Positions 24,993 through 39,581 of a stretch of 64,000 nt of DNA are shown one piece after another. Numbering within the stretch: the first letter of the stretch is position 1; the number at the start of each line of letters is the position of its first letter. Below the pieces are notes generated by a model. That model was not told where the DNA came from, ran no database searches, and was given only the letters and a program-made list of their open reading frames with translations. Source of the DNA: Octopus sinensis (lineage: Eukaryota). The DNA lies in contig NC_043008.1 in assembly GCF_006345805.1 (NCBI RefSeq), forward strand, positions 15,562,001 to 15,626,000. The letters run 5' to 3'. The translations under genes were made by a program, and so were the position numbers.

Positions 24993-26285
24993 ATTCATAG
25001 ATATAGATTGATAGATAGATAAATATATTATTCGCGTTTTGATTACAAGCGATGCACGTTACCAGTACTTCCGATGCGATTCGTAGCAACAGAGGAAGCC
25101 ACTCCATATTTTCGTTATAGTATCCATGTGAATAAAGTTAGAACTCGCTAGCTTGTACAGGCACGGAGTCTGCGCATGTACGTGTGTTAGTAAATGTAGT
25201 CGAAGCTAAATTCCAAATACGTATTATCAGTCTGCTGTAATACAATACACTTAAATTTACATGAATAATAATTTAATTTACCAGAGAAACGGATACTGTA
25301 TCACATGATATGCTTAATGTTCAATGATGTTGAATCCAGCAGTATTTTCTGTCTTTTCAGAAACACAATATGTGAAGATTCTCCTCTCACAATAATAAAT
25401 GAATCAATTTATACTTCATGATTTCAGACGTAGTGTCTGAGGAGTTGTATATTGTGTGCACCATAGAAAATACGCCTGACGTATCTTAAAATCAGAAGCG
25501 GACGATAGTTTTGGATGAACCGATTATAGACGCCTTCCTACTCAATATAATTTGTGTGAACACTTCGACATTACCTATATACTTTATTCTAGTTAACCAA
25601 TAAAGTGTACTTTCTGAAAAGATTGGTATGCGTTCTGAAAAGATTGGATCACTAAACTACGTTTTTAAAGTTATCTGTGGATCGAAGTCATATACCATTG
25701 GGTAAGAGCGTTCCGAATCTGAGGTGATAGCAATGGTAATTTCTAGTTGTAGCATTTGGTCATCGCTGAGTTACGCTGATTCACTTAATTCCCGAGTGCG
25801 AAACCGCTTTATAGTTTTTTGAATTCAGGTTTCGATTTCGTTATTTGCGTACGTTAGGGCTATGATTATAAACTTTGCAGGCCTTCTAAGAGCATCCAGA
25901 TTTATCATGTAAAAGTTCATCTTGAACAGTTACAAATCAATTGCTGCGGAAACATTGCCTTGTTTATTTTGAATTTCTTTCTAAGCTATATTTTAAATGC
26001 CCGATAGGACAGATATTCTATGTAAATATGACGTGTCGCAGTACTTTGCTTTACATGTAATCTGGAAACGAAACACTGGACGGGTGACGAGATGCAAACA
26101 GTGGAGAGATTTGGAAGTGTCAGTTCCCGGAAAAGAAGGACAATCTGCTTCAATCAGGTGCGGAAGATATTGAAGTTACAGTAGAAAATGCACACAGGCA
26201 GAAATAGAAAGGGGCTCATCACTTTTATCGGTGAAAGAGCTATTGTGTAACTTAACATATTTCAGTCGAGTTAGGTTATCTTGGT

Positions 26286-26530
26286 GGAAGCGCGTGGCTT
26301 AATGGTTAGGGTGTCAGCATCATGATCGTAAGATTGTGGTTTTGGTTCTTGGACCGGGCGACGCGTTGTGTTCTTGAGCAAAACACTTCATTTCACGTTG
26401 CTACAGTTCACTCAACTGGTAAAACTGAGTGACGCTACGATGGACTATAATCGGTTCATCCAAAACTGTCGTCCGCTTTAAAAGGGCGCATTTATTTTTA
26501 TTTTTAAGGTTATCTTGAAGGATAACCTTA
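26286..26530 (+). mobile_element. SINE of the family B/C group, diverged
   Basis: GGAAGCGCGTGGCTTAATGGTTAGGG...GTGTTCTTGAGCAAAACACTT. Confidence 0.8.
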
Positions 26531-27763
26531 CGTTGAAATTTCTCTATCGCATTTTTACAGGAGTTAGGTTCGTAACCCACGGTGTATACTTGCTCGGCCC
26601 GAGTCGATACTTGTCCATACTTGTCCATAACAAGTAAAATCAAATAACGAAATAGAATCAGAAATATTTTTATAATTGTAGATGACAAATTTTATGGGCG
26701 GGAGAGATAATCACCAGAGCTTCCACGTGCGGGGTTCGGGTCAAAACTGGAGAAGCTATTTGTAACTCAGCATCACTTTCACGTTCTTAAGTAAGGGTTT
26801 GGGTGGCTTTGCAGATATTTGTAAGGGTAAAAAAGTACACAGCTTTCTGTTCTGATCAAAACAATTTGGGTCATTGTCTATAAGCGTCAGCTGACCAGGT
26901 TTTGACGATGCAAGATATATGTTTCTGTTTGATTTCGTAGGTGACCACTCTGGTAAAGCCACCACCATCTTATTTGATAAGAATCAACTAAATATGCTAC
27001 TATAGCCAGGTAACTACTGACCTGAATCTAGCAGACATCACGTGGTGTATATTATATAAAAGTGACTACCATACAGTGTTCGAGCAGTTAAAGGACTGTT
27101 TATGAATTTACATAGATTTCTTTTACGTAGTAAGAAATACTGGCTTCCATTAAACTCAAATATGCCACTCTTATCACTAATATTCCGTATGCAGTTTTCA
27201 TGAATACGGCATACTGTTCTATGGTAATATGTTTTGGTTTTATAGGTATTCCACAGTTAATATGTTGGGAAATAATCTAATTATAATTTTGAGTTAATTA
27301 GTAATGTTAACTTATGAAGAAAACAGTTTTGATATTCTAACTAAATTCACAAAAAAAAAAGAAAATGTAGTTTCAGATTTTTAAAATAACGTTACCACGA
27401 GAACCAGAAATTAAATCAAAAGCGAGAGCTTGAAGCAACCATTTTTGTAGATGTAGTTCACAGAGGATTTAAAAAAAACAACAACAAAAGAAACATAAGT
27501 GTAAACGATTTTTTCAAACCTTGATTTCATATTTTCATATTACAAAATACATTTCAGACAGTGGATATAATAGCCGAAAGGTTCCTATTCCGAATATACA
27601 GAGTTATTCGTTTCCGATCCTCAGCCGATTAACCGAGCCTGAAATCCTTTTCAAATATCCACTATATACATACATACATACATACATACATACATACATA
27701 CATACATACATACATACATACATACATACATACACACATATATACACACATACATACACACAT

Positions 27764-27806
<43 letters not shown>

Positions 27807-28233
27807 ACCTCTGCCCTTCTGCAAAGAAACCTATTTTTGAAAATTTGCTAAACAGTGACGCTGATCATAGTTTAATCGAAGGAGCGAGGTGCAAAGTAAA
27901 TGCAGTAATAATAGGAAAATCAGTGGGGCCCCATTTAAGCGGCCCTTTAGAAACTGAACCTCCTTACGATATTCCCTGGGAGTTCATGGTACGAGATTCA
28001 TTGCCATTGAACTGATTTCGTCGCCAATGCCATGTATTTAGTTTAAAAGGCAGTTAAAATAAGAGGGGAGGGTCAGTGGAACCCCAATTAGGCGGCCTTT
28101 AAAAAAATAAGCACTAGGATTAGTGGGGTTGCTGGTTTGAGTTTCGCTGTCCTTGCACCAAGGGTCTATGAGGAGTTAACGAACTTAAAAACGTAACGGA
28201 CAGAAACATCAGTGAAATTTATATTAAGAAGAA

Positions 28234-28274
<41 letters not shown>

Positions 28275-29074
28275 CACACACAGACATACACACACACATA
28301 TATATATATGTTTGTGCGTGTATGTGTGACTGTGTATAGATACATAGACAGACAGAAATATAGACAGATAGAAAAATATTTTGATAAATAACTAGATAGG
28401 TAGGTAGATAAAGGATTCGATATCTCAAGGTTTTAAGATAATCTACCCTTGCTCATATGAGTCATAGTGTGAAGTTATAAATACGCAGTGTAATATTAAA
28501 AGCGCACTGTTGTATTTCTAATAGTCGTTTTTGTAGAACCTATTCACGTCACTAACCGCAAGCTACCTGGCCAATTATTGTTGGCATAGCCACGATTGTT
28601 ATGTACAATTGCGAATGCATAATATGACTTTATTATGTGTCTTGAAACATAGCCTAATCATGTGAGGTTATGGTAAATGTAATTAAAATCCAAGTATGTG
28701 ATTAAACGTCGATAATCCTATCATTTACTAGCTGTGGGATCTAGCAAGAAATGAGCGAGCGCAATCAACGTATTTATGTTAGTATGTTCAGCGATTTCTT
28801 ACAATAGTACAAGGCTAATATTTTGGTTATTCCGTCATCATTATTCCCTTGGAACAATGGTGACTGAATAAGTAAATTATCTGAATAAGTGAAATTAATT
28901 ATAGTTTAGGATATTCTAATATAGTACCCTCATAATAATTGCCACTTCTTATTTTCGTATCTCATGAAACGAACGATACACACCATATTACTTGAAGCCT
29001 AACGATTAGGCAATGCATGCTCCTGTCAGTATTTTTAACTAAATATAAGCAATAATAAATCTCTGAACGCGGTA

Positions 29075-29297
29075 TAAACAGTAGCTGCACGACAATGTGA
29101 AGAATATTTGCCACATAAATGTGGCTAACCACTAACGGTGGATGCTACTGTAGCTTGTAGCCCCAGGAGAACATCTTCTCCAGCTGGCTATTGACACCCT
29201 TTCTGTGCCCTATCAGTATTTGCAAAGGGGAGTCATCCTTCATATCGGCGACCTGACGTGATACGCACGAACCCGGGTTTCTGAATAGTTACCCGTC
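29075..29297 (-). mobile_element. Copy of the 41657-42009 HHR-bearing repeat, truncated in the HHR core
   Basis: Reverse complement matches TTTGCAAATACTGATAGGGCACAGAAAG, CCAGCTGGAG and CTACAGTAGCATCCAC. Ends TGA-CGGGTAACTATTC-A-GAA-ACCCGGGT-T. Confidence 0.75.
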
Positions 29298-29323
29298 ATA
29301 TATAACTAAACTATAACTATAAC

Positions 29324-30105
29324 TATATATACCTCAAAATACCTCAAAAGCTATAACTAAATATAGTTTTCGGGGTATTTTTGTCTGACAATCTTATCAA
29401 AGACTATATTTTACTGTCGAGATAAAATACGAGTGATTCCGCCGCGTCAATGTAACTGTCCCAATAAATCGTAGTTCACACGTTATGAGATTTTTCATTA
29501 ATTTTAATTAAGTAAAATTACTATGTTGTCTCACCTGTCTTAATTGAACTTCAGTGAGGGCGCGTGGCTTAGTGGTTAGGGCATTCGGCTCATGATCGTA
29601 AGGTTGTGAGTTCCCGGCAACGCGTTGTGTCCTTGAGCAAGACACTTTATTTCACGTTCCTCCAGTCCACTCAGCTGGCAAAAATGAGTTGTACTTGTAT
29701 TTCAAAGGGTCAGCCTTGTCACTCTCTGTGTAACGCTGATTATCCCCGAGAACTACGTTAAGGGTACACGTGTCTGTGGAATGCTCAGCCATTTGCACGT
29801 TAATTTCACGAGCAAGCTGTTCCGTTGATCGTATCAGCTGGGACCCTCGTCGTCGTAACCGGCGGAGTCTTTTTTTTTTATATATACCTCAAGATACCTC
29901 AAAAGCTATAACTAAATATAGTTTTTGGGGTATTTTTGTCTGACAGTCTTATCAAAGACTATATTTTACTGTCGAGATAAAATACGAGTGATTCCGCCGC
30001 GTCAATGTAACTGTCCCGATAAATCGTAGTTCACACGTTATGAGATTTTTCATTAATTTTAATTAAGTAAAATTACTATGTTGTCTCACCTGTCTTAATT
30101 GAACT
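29324..30105. repeat. 227-bp direct duplication (29324-29550 and 29879-30105) flanking a SINE
   Basis: Offset 555; 4 mismatches seen in 227 bp. Confidence 0.95.
29551..29878 (+). mobile_element. SINE of the family B/C group with T-rich tail
   Basis: GAGGGCGCGTGGCTTAGTGGTTAGGG head; GGAGTC(T)n tail. Confidence 0.88.
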
Positions 30106-30490
30106 GCATTCATACTGATGCTATTGATTATTTCTAATCACAAAGGGTTCATTATATTAAGTATAAAGTACATTAGCAATCACTATACCTTATACTAAAA
30201 GCACTGGGTGTGTAATTATAACACAAACGGGAATTAAAAAATAATGTACTTAACGAACAAAGCAAAATAATTCAATGAACCTAATCCTCTCCATAAACAT
30301 ATCTGTTATGGGAGCCATTACTTGCACTGGAAACAGCTTTCTCTCACTACCTCTCTCCTTCTCTCTTACCCTTCTCTCTCTCTCTGTATATATATATAGG
30401 GAGAGAATTCACGAACAAAACAAAAGACAAAGACAGGTGGTGAAGAAAACAAATAGATGTATTAGTAAAACGTTCGGGAATTGAAATAGT

Positions 30491-30526
30491 CTTTTACGTT
30501 TCGAGCCTACGCTCTTCTACAGAAAG
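30491..30526 (-). ncRNA. Minimal hammerhead-like motif (GAGC-loop-GCTC family)
   Basis: CTTT-CTGTAGA-A-GAGC-GTAG-GCTC-GAAAC-GTA-AAAG. Core has A6 replaced by U; GUA triplet. Confidence 0.5.
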
Positions 30527-30549
30527 GGACACAGAAAGAAACAAGGAGA

Positions 30550-30594
<45 letters not shown>

Positions 30595-30698
30595 ATATAT
30601 ATACAAAAAGGGTGAAATATAATTAATTTAATAAAATGAATAAATTTCACCTAGTAGTTTTATCGGTATGGAAAAGACCATATTTGGTAAGGATTATA

Positions 30699-30899
30699 TT
30701 AATTATAATAAAAGGGTTAATTGCAACAAGTTGCTCAAAACCAAATACCAAAAATATTAGAAATGGCAGCCAAATAGATCACCATTTCTCCTACTTTTTT
30801 ACTAGTAGGAGAAATGGTGATCTATTTGGCTGCCATTTCTAATATTTTCTGTATGTGGTTTTGAGCAACTTGTTGCAATTAACCCTTTATTATAATTAA
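30699..30899. repeat. Fold-back inverted repeat, ~97-bp arms, 8-nt spacer
   Basis: 30699-30795 versus 30804-30899, a few mismatches, TA-flanked. Confidence 0.9.
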
Positions 30900-31119
30900 A
30901 ATATATATATATATATATATTTATATACATCTATTTGTGCGTGAGTATAGATAAATATGTAGATGTGTCAGTGTATCTATATATGTTTGTGCGTGTACGG
31001 GCGTGTGGTTGTAGGTGTCTGTGTGTTTGTCTCTCTCTATCTTCTTGATAGCTGGTGTTTGTTTGTTTACGTCCCTGTAACTTTGCGTTATAGGAAAAGT
31101 GACCAAAAGAATATATAAA

Positions 31120-31503
31120 TCTCTCTCTATATAAACGGCAGTTTGTCTGTGCGTGTTTCTGGTTGTCTGTTTGCTTGTACCCTCACCCTGACCACGGCTT
31201 TCAACCGATTCTGATGAAACTTGACACACACATAGCCCAATGTCATAATTCAAAACTAACGCAGCGAAAATTTTGAAAAGTTCCCCCAGTTCTGAAAAAA
31301 ATCGATAAATTCGACATGGGGTCGAGAATTAGGAATACGAACCACAAACTGTCTAGGGGACGCAACTCTACCTTTTTTAAATCTCAAAAAAAAATTTACC
31401 ATCATTTTTTCCATTTTTTTGCTATTTTTTGGCTATAACTCTCTAAAAATGCTTTATAGTTATTTCCCTTACAAACCTGAGCAACGCCGGGCGATACTGC
31501 TAG
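31120..31503 (+). mobile_element. Non-autonomous Helitron-type element nested in a family A SINE remnant
   Basis: A|TC start, GCAACGCCGGGCGATACTG hairpin, CTAG|T end. SINE pieces lie on both sides (31020-31110 and 31540-31625). Confidence 0.82.
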
Positions 31504-31917
31504 TATATAAATAAATAAATGAATAAATAAATATGTACTATGGTTTGATATGTTTGAATAAACCTTTAAGAGCCGTGCCTCAGCAAGCGGCAGTCTAATG
31601 GCTGTAACAAATAAAAGATAAGAAATTAAAGATTAACTAAATTAAGTATTCCTAAAGTAAAATATTCATCTAAATTTACTATCCATTAATGGAAACCTAA
31701 CAAGTGTCGCTGTGTATACGAAGTCTTTTATATATTAATTGTATGTATTTTCTGTCTTGTAAATTATACGAAACAAGAAAAGAGCTTATCGTTCATACTA
31801 AAACCAAACAAAATCGATGCTGGAACAAGCACGCTGTCAGAGTCGTTACCGCGGACAGGATATTTAGGAACATTTGTGTCCTGGTCTTCCTTTTCGTTTG
31901 CGTTGCCCTATGTTTCC

Positions 31918-31954
31918 TGTTTCCGAAGACGAGCTATGCTCGAAACGTTAAACA
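31918..31954 (+). ncRNA. Minimal hammerhead-like motif (C4 variant)
   Basis: TGTTT-CCGAAGA-C-GAGC-TAT-GCTC-GAAAC-GTT-AAACA. Confidence 0.55.
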
Positions 31955-32080
31955 ACCGGACTTTTCCATCTCTGGGCCTTTTATTAATACTTTACATGTG
32001 CTATGTCCTCATATTGTTGCTATTTTTTTCATGTATTTTTCTCTGTTTTTTAGCGTATATATATATATATATTATATATA

Positions 32081-32113
<33 letters not shown>

Positions 32114-32189
32114 CATAATGTGACCGCGTGTGTACCGTTGGCGATTTGTTTTCCTCCGTCTTCCCTTCTTTGGATCTTTCCCTTTCCTA

Positions 32190-32226
32190 TGTTTCTGACG
32201 AAAAGCTCTGCTCGAGACGTTAAACA
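32190..32226 (+). ncRNA. Decayed minimal hammerhead-like motif
   Basis: TGTTT-CTGACGA-A-AAGC-TCT-GCTC-GAGAC-GTT-AAACA (GAAA changed to GAGA). Confidence 0.45.
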
Positions 32227-32690
32227 CTCCTTCTTTCCTTGTTTTCTGAGCGTCCAATAATACTATACTTATTCCACGTCCTCGCGTTGTGTTTTCTTTC
32301 TGTGTTTTTAACTACATATATATATATATTATATATATATATATATATACGGGTGTGTGTGATTGTGTATAGAAGAATATATTAATAAAAGGAATTCCAA
32401 CCTTGTCTGATTTTCACGTTTTATTTACATTCTTATAATGATATAATATAAGATAATATAATATAATAGAATAAAATAAAATAGTAGAATGTTAAATGTT
32501 AAATGTTCATTCTGATTGAACTAGTACTTTCATGCATTAAATTATGCAATCTTCAGGTTCATGTAGTAGTGGTGACAGTCATGCTTCACAATTTTTGACT
32601 GATATACATATGATATATGCATGTATATTGTATATATATATACATATGATACATGCATGTATATTGTTTTATATATATTTTTTCCTTTAT

Positions 32691-32726
<36 letters not shown>

Positions 32727-33284
32727 CATACATGTGGGGGCGAGCGCGCGCGTGTGTGTGCAAGTGAACATGTGCGCGTGTGATATAGTCTCCGGCATGA
32801 CTGAAACGTCTTCGATCATATATCTGCTGGTTCTGGATCGACCTAAGGCTAAAACAAAAACGAAGATCTATAAGGTATCTAGCGGAGTATAAACATTTAT
32901 TGCGAAAGATCAGCTAGGACAAAAAAATACACTGCATCAATAGGCATTGAAAATTACAGTTCTTTTTACGTGAAAGAAAATTAAATTTGTATAAGGATTT
33001 CGAAGTGCAGTAATGTCTCCAGGCCAAATTTGCATTACTTTAGAAATTAATACAATAATGATAATGATATCTATGTTGTTATCAATTGGTAATAACAATA
33101 ATAATGAAACCAGCAATAAAAAATAATTATGAAAATAATAGTAATACATGCTCTAACTTATGTTGTTATATGTATCTCTACGTGTATGAAAACATGTTAT
33201 ACTCAGGAGGAGGTAAAGGTTTTTTTTTTCTTTCTATTGATAGTGTTATCATCAATAGTAGCGCTATTAGTAACACTAACTGTA

Positions 33285-33347
33285 TGATTATTATTATTAT
33301 AATTATCATTATAATTATTATTATCATTATTATTATTATTATTATTA

Positions 33348-33421
<74 letters not shown>

Positions 33422-33441
33422 GTTATTATTGTTATTATTAC

Positions 33442-33507
<66 letters not shown>

Positions 33508-33517
33508 CATTATTATT
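33285..33517. repeat. (ATT)n microsatellite
   Basis: Direct reading. Confidence 0.97.
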
Positions 33518-33518
33518 A

Positions 33519-34895
33519 GAGCGGCGAGCTGTCAGAATCGTTAGCACTCCGGGTGAGATGCTTAGCGGTTGATCAACCGTAACTACGTTCTGAGTTCAAA
33601 TTCTGCCGAGGCCGACTTTGCCATTTCTCCTTTCCAGGTCGATAAAGCAAGTACCAGTGTAACACTGGGGTCGATGTATTTGACTAGTCCCCTCCTCCAA
33701 AATTACTGGGCTTGTGCATATACAAGAAAGGATCATTATTTGGGCGGCGAGCTGGCAGAATCGTTAGCACATCTGACAGAACGCTTTGCGGTATTTCGTC
33801 CGTCTTTACGCTCCGAGTTCAAATTCCGCCGAGCTCGACCTTGCCTTTCATCTTCTCAGGATCGATAAACTAGATAGATGTGACACACTGATGTCGACTC
33901 TTCACCTTACTCAAAATTTCAGGCCTTCTGCCTTTAGTGTAAAGGATTATTATTATTATTATTATTTTTGTTGTTGTTGTTCTTGTTGTTGTCGTCGTCA
34001 TCATCATCATCATCATCATTATTATTACTATTAAGGTGGTGAGCCGACACAATCGTGAGGAAGCCGGGCGAAATGCTCATCGGCATTTCGCCCCTTTTCA
34101 CCTGCGTTCAAATTCTGCCGGGGTCGATTTTATCTCTCATCCTTTCGGGATCAATAAAATAAGTACCGACTGAATAGTGGGGCCGCTCTATTATCGATTC
34201 CCCCTCCTCCTCTGTAACTGGTGGCTTTCTACCAAAATTTGAAGCCATTATTATATCTACCACTAAGACGCCGAGCTGGCAGAACCATTAATACGCTGGA
34301 CGAAATGCTTAGCGGTATTTGCCCCGTCGCTACATTCTGAGATCAAATTCCGGCGAAGTCGACTTTGCCATTCAACCTTTCGGGGGTCGATTAAATAAGT
34401 ACCTGTTATACACTGCGGTCGATATAATCAACTTAATCCGTTTGTCTCTCCCTGTTTGTCCTCTCCGTGTGTAACCCCTTGTGGGTAGTAAAGAAATAAG
34501 AATCGTTAGTACGCTGGAAGAAATGTTGGCAGAATCGTTACCACCCCGGGCGGAATGCGTAGCCGTATTTCAACTGGCGTTACGTTCTGAGTTCAAATTC
34601 CGCCGATGTCGACTTTGCCTTTCATCCTTTCGGGGTCGATTAAATAAGTACCACTTACGCACTGGGGTCGATATAATCGACTTAATCACTTTGTCTGTCC
34701 CTGTTTGTCCCCTCTATGTTTAGCCCCTTGTGGCTAGTTAAGAAATAGGTATTTCCCCCGTCGCTACGATCTGAGTTCAAATTCCGCTGAGGTCGACTTT
34801 ACAGTTTATCCTTTCGGAGTCGATAAACAAATTGCCAGTGGAGTAGTGGGGTCGACGTAATCGGCTATCTCCTTCCCGCAAATTTCAGGCTTTGT
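33519..34895 (+). mobile_element. Cluster of about six family D SINE copies, all in the same orientation
   Basis: Heads near 33521, 33742, 34035 and 34266, plus headless bodies near 34550 and 34750. Confidence 0.85.
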
Positions 34896-35516
34896 ACCTA
34901 TAATAGTATTATTATTTCTACTAATGCCACTAATTTATTTTTCTTCTTGTTTATGTTGTACTTAGTGGTAATTGTAGCAGAGCTGGATATATATGAACTA
35001 TTGATATAAGAAATACAAAATAGAAGCGAAATAATGTCTAATGCGACAGGCCAATTAAATACAAGTACAATCGTTCGAAACATACTAAATATTATATCAA
35101 AATACGTAAACTTATTCTTATAATGAGCGGAGAAATCACGAATAAAAATCAATGCTCAGCCACAGAAACATACACACATACGCGTACGCAAATGGACACA
35201 CGCATATATTTGTCTATCTATCTATTGATCTATGTATCTGGCTGCTTGTGTGGTTAGGAATGTGAGTGGTTGTGCGCAGAAATGTGTTTAACAAGGTATA
35301 AATGTATGTAGATATCCGAGTGTGCGTGGATAATTAAATGAATGGTTCAATGGTTGACTGGAAATAACAAGAAATAATACAATAATGAGCAATATTCATA
35401 ACAATCGTTTTTCTCATATCATCAGTTGTCTTTGTATACATACATACATATATACATACATACATACATACATACTACATACAATATATATATATATAAT
35501 ATGTATATGTATATGG

Positions 35517-35579
<63 letters not shown>

Positions 35580-35781
35580 TCACACACAACACACATACTC
35601 CCATATATAAGTGCGTGTGTGTGTGTGTGTGTATTTGTGTTTAGGTATACATTTTACAATACATACATTTATTCATCTCTTTGTCTGTCTGTCTCTTTTT
35701 TATATATTTATATGTATATATGTATATATATTTATCCATGTATGTGTGTATGTACGTATATATACATACATATATATATAG

Positions 35782-35828
<47 letters not shown>

Positions 35829-36973
35829 TTGTGTATATATATATATACATAAATATATATATATAAATATATATACATGTATATGTATATATGTCAATAT
35901 ATGTGTGTGGAGGTGTGGGCGTATGTTTGTGTGATCATATAGAGATAAATAAATAAATATACATATATACTCAAATGCGTACATTTAAACACTCACATAT
36001 TTATACACATAATCTTTCCCCCTCTGTTTGCCTATATATATATATACATACGTAAACTGATTTGGCTTCTCTTAAACAAAACACAGTTTCTTTATTTGAT
36101 AATACTCTGTAGTTGCTGCCACACAACCACAGCATTATTGATGGATATATTCTGCAGGTTTCTTTTTTGATTAGTTTTCTCTTTTCTATCGATCTCTGTT
36201 CTGGCTTTGATTTTTTATTTTTTACTCAATGTCTTTTGTTCCTTTTTTCTTTCCTGCTCTCAATGCTGGTTTTGTTTTTTGTTATTATTATCTTTTTAAT
36301 AATTTTTTTTTGTAGCCATTACTATTGTTGCTGTTGCAGTTTCCTGGTAGACCTCGCTAAGATATTTTTTTTCTGAAACAACGTTTACATATTATATATA
36401 CAACGGTCAATGTTCACTTTTGGATCGCTTTCAACTTTCGACTGATTATTGACAAGGCGAAAATCACTTCCTCCTAATACGTTCGCCCGGAATCTTTCAA
36501 AATCACTTATTTCTCAAAAGTAGGATTGGTAATATCTTTGAATTATTCCCTAAACGACTGACTTTTCAAATTTATATTTTGTTTCATATTTTTCCCTCGT
36601 CTACTTCTTATGTATAAATCTATTTTCCTTTACTTGGCCTAACATCTAGATTTAGCATTATGCTCTAAGATTGTTTTTTTTTTTGGTTTCTGCGCTCATA
36701 CATACATACATACATACATACATACATACATCTGAAGATATACGTAGATATACGTACCAATGTATACACACATGCGCACACAGAGAATGAACGAGCGGGA
36801 AATGCATATAATGGCAGTAAAAATGTCAAAACATGAAATCCAAATGAAAATAATGGGAGAGGAGATAGGACAACTATTCATGAAGGAAATCATATAAGTA
36901 TATATATATATATATACATATGTATATATATATATATATATACATATATATACATCTATATATACATATATAT

Positions 36974-37019
<46 letters not shown>

Positions 37020-37258
37020 TATATATATACATATATCTATATATATGCATAACAACATACATACATATGTACATACATAGATTTACATTCGTACGTACAT
37101 GTGTAGTGTATATATAAATGTATATATGTGTGTGCGTACAGACGTACATGTACAAATATATAAATTTTACTTGTAGCTTTCGATTACTACTTCACCAAAC
37201 TACATTTGAATTATTCTTGAGCAGAGAGATAGGGAACGAAAAAGCTAAGGAAAGGAGG

Positions 37259-37318
<60 letters not shown>

Positions 37319-38096
37319 TAGATGGGGAAAGAGACATAGAGACAAACAGCGTGACCTGTATGTGAGCATGTGTGGGTTTTATGAAAAGAAATAGTGGCCG
37401 GGTAAGACAGAAGAAGACGGGTTGGAAGTAGACGGGGGATATGTAATGTTATACGTACAGCTGGAAATGTGTGTGAGTAGGAGGAGTTTAGAGAAAGATA
37501 ATGAGCAGTCTGGATTATAAAGCCAAAGAGAAATGCAGTACATAAACTGGCAAAGGGAAGGGACATCGATCAACTTTATGACCAAATATAACATAATTAG
37601 AGTTTTGCATGAGAGAGGGTTTGGAGATGGTTGCTCTGAAATTTGAGGTGGATCGATAGAAAAGAAAAATATGAATTGCGCATATGCGAATTGCAGAAGT
37701 TTTACAGAAGTCTTAGGCTTATTGTAATTTCCCTGTCTGCACAAGCTTCCCATTGCCAGTGCTTGGTGGTATTATCATTGCAATTGCCAATTATAGTATA
37801 GAGAAATATAGCGAAATATTGAATTGAGCAATGCACAAATTCCATATTACTTGACCTAATCTGAAACCGGTCTATATCGTTGTTTGCTAAGCTCCAACTA
37901 GAGATGCATATCTACTATTCATAAGCAATCGATGAAGTGCAGAGATCCAGAAGTCAAATAACAAAAGAATAACAACGGAGTTTTTACTGATATGATTCTT
38001 TGGCAATTGTTGAAAAATTGTTTTGGTTTACATAACCACATATCTCTAAAGCAAGAAACGTATGCATACATACACACATACATGTATATGTGTGTA

Positions 38097-38183
<87 letters not shown>

Positions 38184-38728
38184 ATACATATATATATATA
38201 TACATATATATATATGTATGTATTATTTATATATATATATAATATATATATATATATTTATAGATAGATATATATATTTATAGATAGATAGATGGATAAA
38301 TTGATAGATAGATACATACATACATACGAACATACATATATGTATATTTGCATATACATATATGTTTGTGCAGTAAGTTATTATATAAAGTTTAGAGACG
38401 AAGAACAAAATAGGCTGGAAAGTAGAGTGAAAATATTAAGAATTTAGTGATGAATCCAATGTAGGTTTTTCGAAAAAATCAACCAAAATAAATTACCATT
38501 GATGTATTTGATTATTATATTAAAGTAACTAATTGTAATAGAACCCTGTGTTTTAGAAAACATGTTCCAATGATTTGTTCTAAAGCACCCTGATTCTGAA
38601 AGTTAGGTACGTTCAACTAATGAATAGGCGGTTATATCTTGATAGCGATGAGGAGATAAACTCAGATCAAATACTGGCTGGAAGGATCCTCAGGTTTGGG
38701 AATTTAAAAATACTGATTAACTCAGCGT

Positions 38729-38991
38729 GGAGACGCAATGGCCCAGTGGTTACGGTAGCAGACTCGCAGTCGGAGGAAACGCCTAAAAGCTCCACGAATC
38801 TCTGGCAGGGGGTGGTGGTGATCCTTGTTGTACTCTTTCGCCACAACTTTCTCTCACTCTCTCTTCCTGTTTCTTGAGTAACGCTGCGATGGACTGGCGT
38901 CCCGTCCAGGTGGGAGGAACATATACGCCACAGAAACCGGGAAACCGGCCCCATGAGCCTGGCTAGGCTTGAAAAGGGCGACGTTTATCGT
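38729..38991 (+). mobile_element. SINE family B with 13-bp TSD
   Basis: ATTAACTCAGCGT at 38716-38728 and 38992-39004. Confidence 0.9.
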
Positions 38992-39581
38992 ATTAACTCA
39001 GCGTTTCTAAAATATGATTAGAAAAAATACTAAAAACAAAAATGGTGTACACTCATTTTGATGAGGGGCTTCGACGCATGTTCCACTGATATGAAATCAG
39101 AGGCCTTAGATTTTATCGATAATACTGATACGAAAGATGTACGCATAATATATTCCTGTTTCCCAAAATTAATAATGCGGGAATGTGTAGATAAGGGGCA
39201 TTTTCTACGAGTTTGTAATTCACGTGTGATAATGCAGGAGAAAAAAAGCATTAGGTTCGTACACAGTTATATAGTTTCCGGTAATTATATTATTTCCTTG
39301 ATAACATTATTTTGATATTGCTGCACCTTTTATGTGTCCAAAGTTTACGGCGGGTGCAACCTACGGAGTTTACACCTACACCTTTTCGACAGACCGAGCA
39401 AGGTCGGTGCAATGTGTCTCTCAAACAAACCACACACACCGCACACCACTCACTCTCTCTCTCTCTCACTATATATACATATATATATATACATATTATA
39501 TATATATATTATATATTATATCATATATACCTATATTATATATATATATATATAATATAGATATATATCTATATATATATA

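Noticed and set aside
26038-26210. Open stretch VLCFTCNLETKHWTGDE resembling a BIR CxxC-x6-W motif; other frame with GKRR
   Set aside because: The BIR His and last Cys are absent, the acceptor is weak and there is no upstream BIR half.
39058-39315. 85-aa non-repetitive ORF with four cysteines
   Set aside because: No good acceptor or recognisable motif; a few ORFs of this length are expected by chance in this much sequence.
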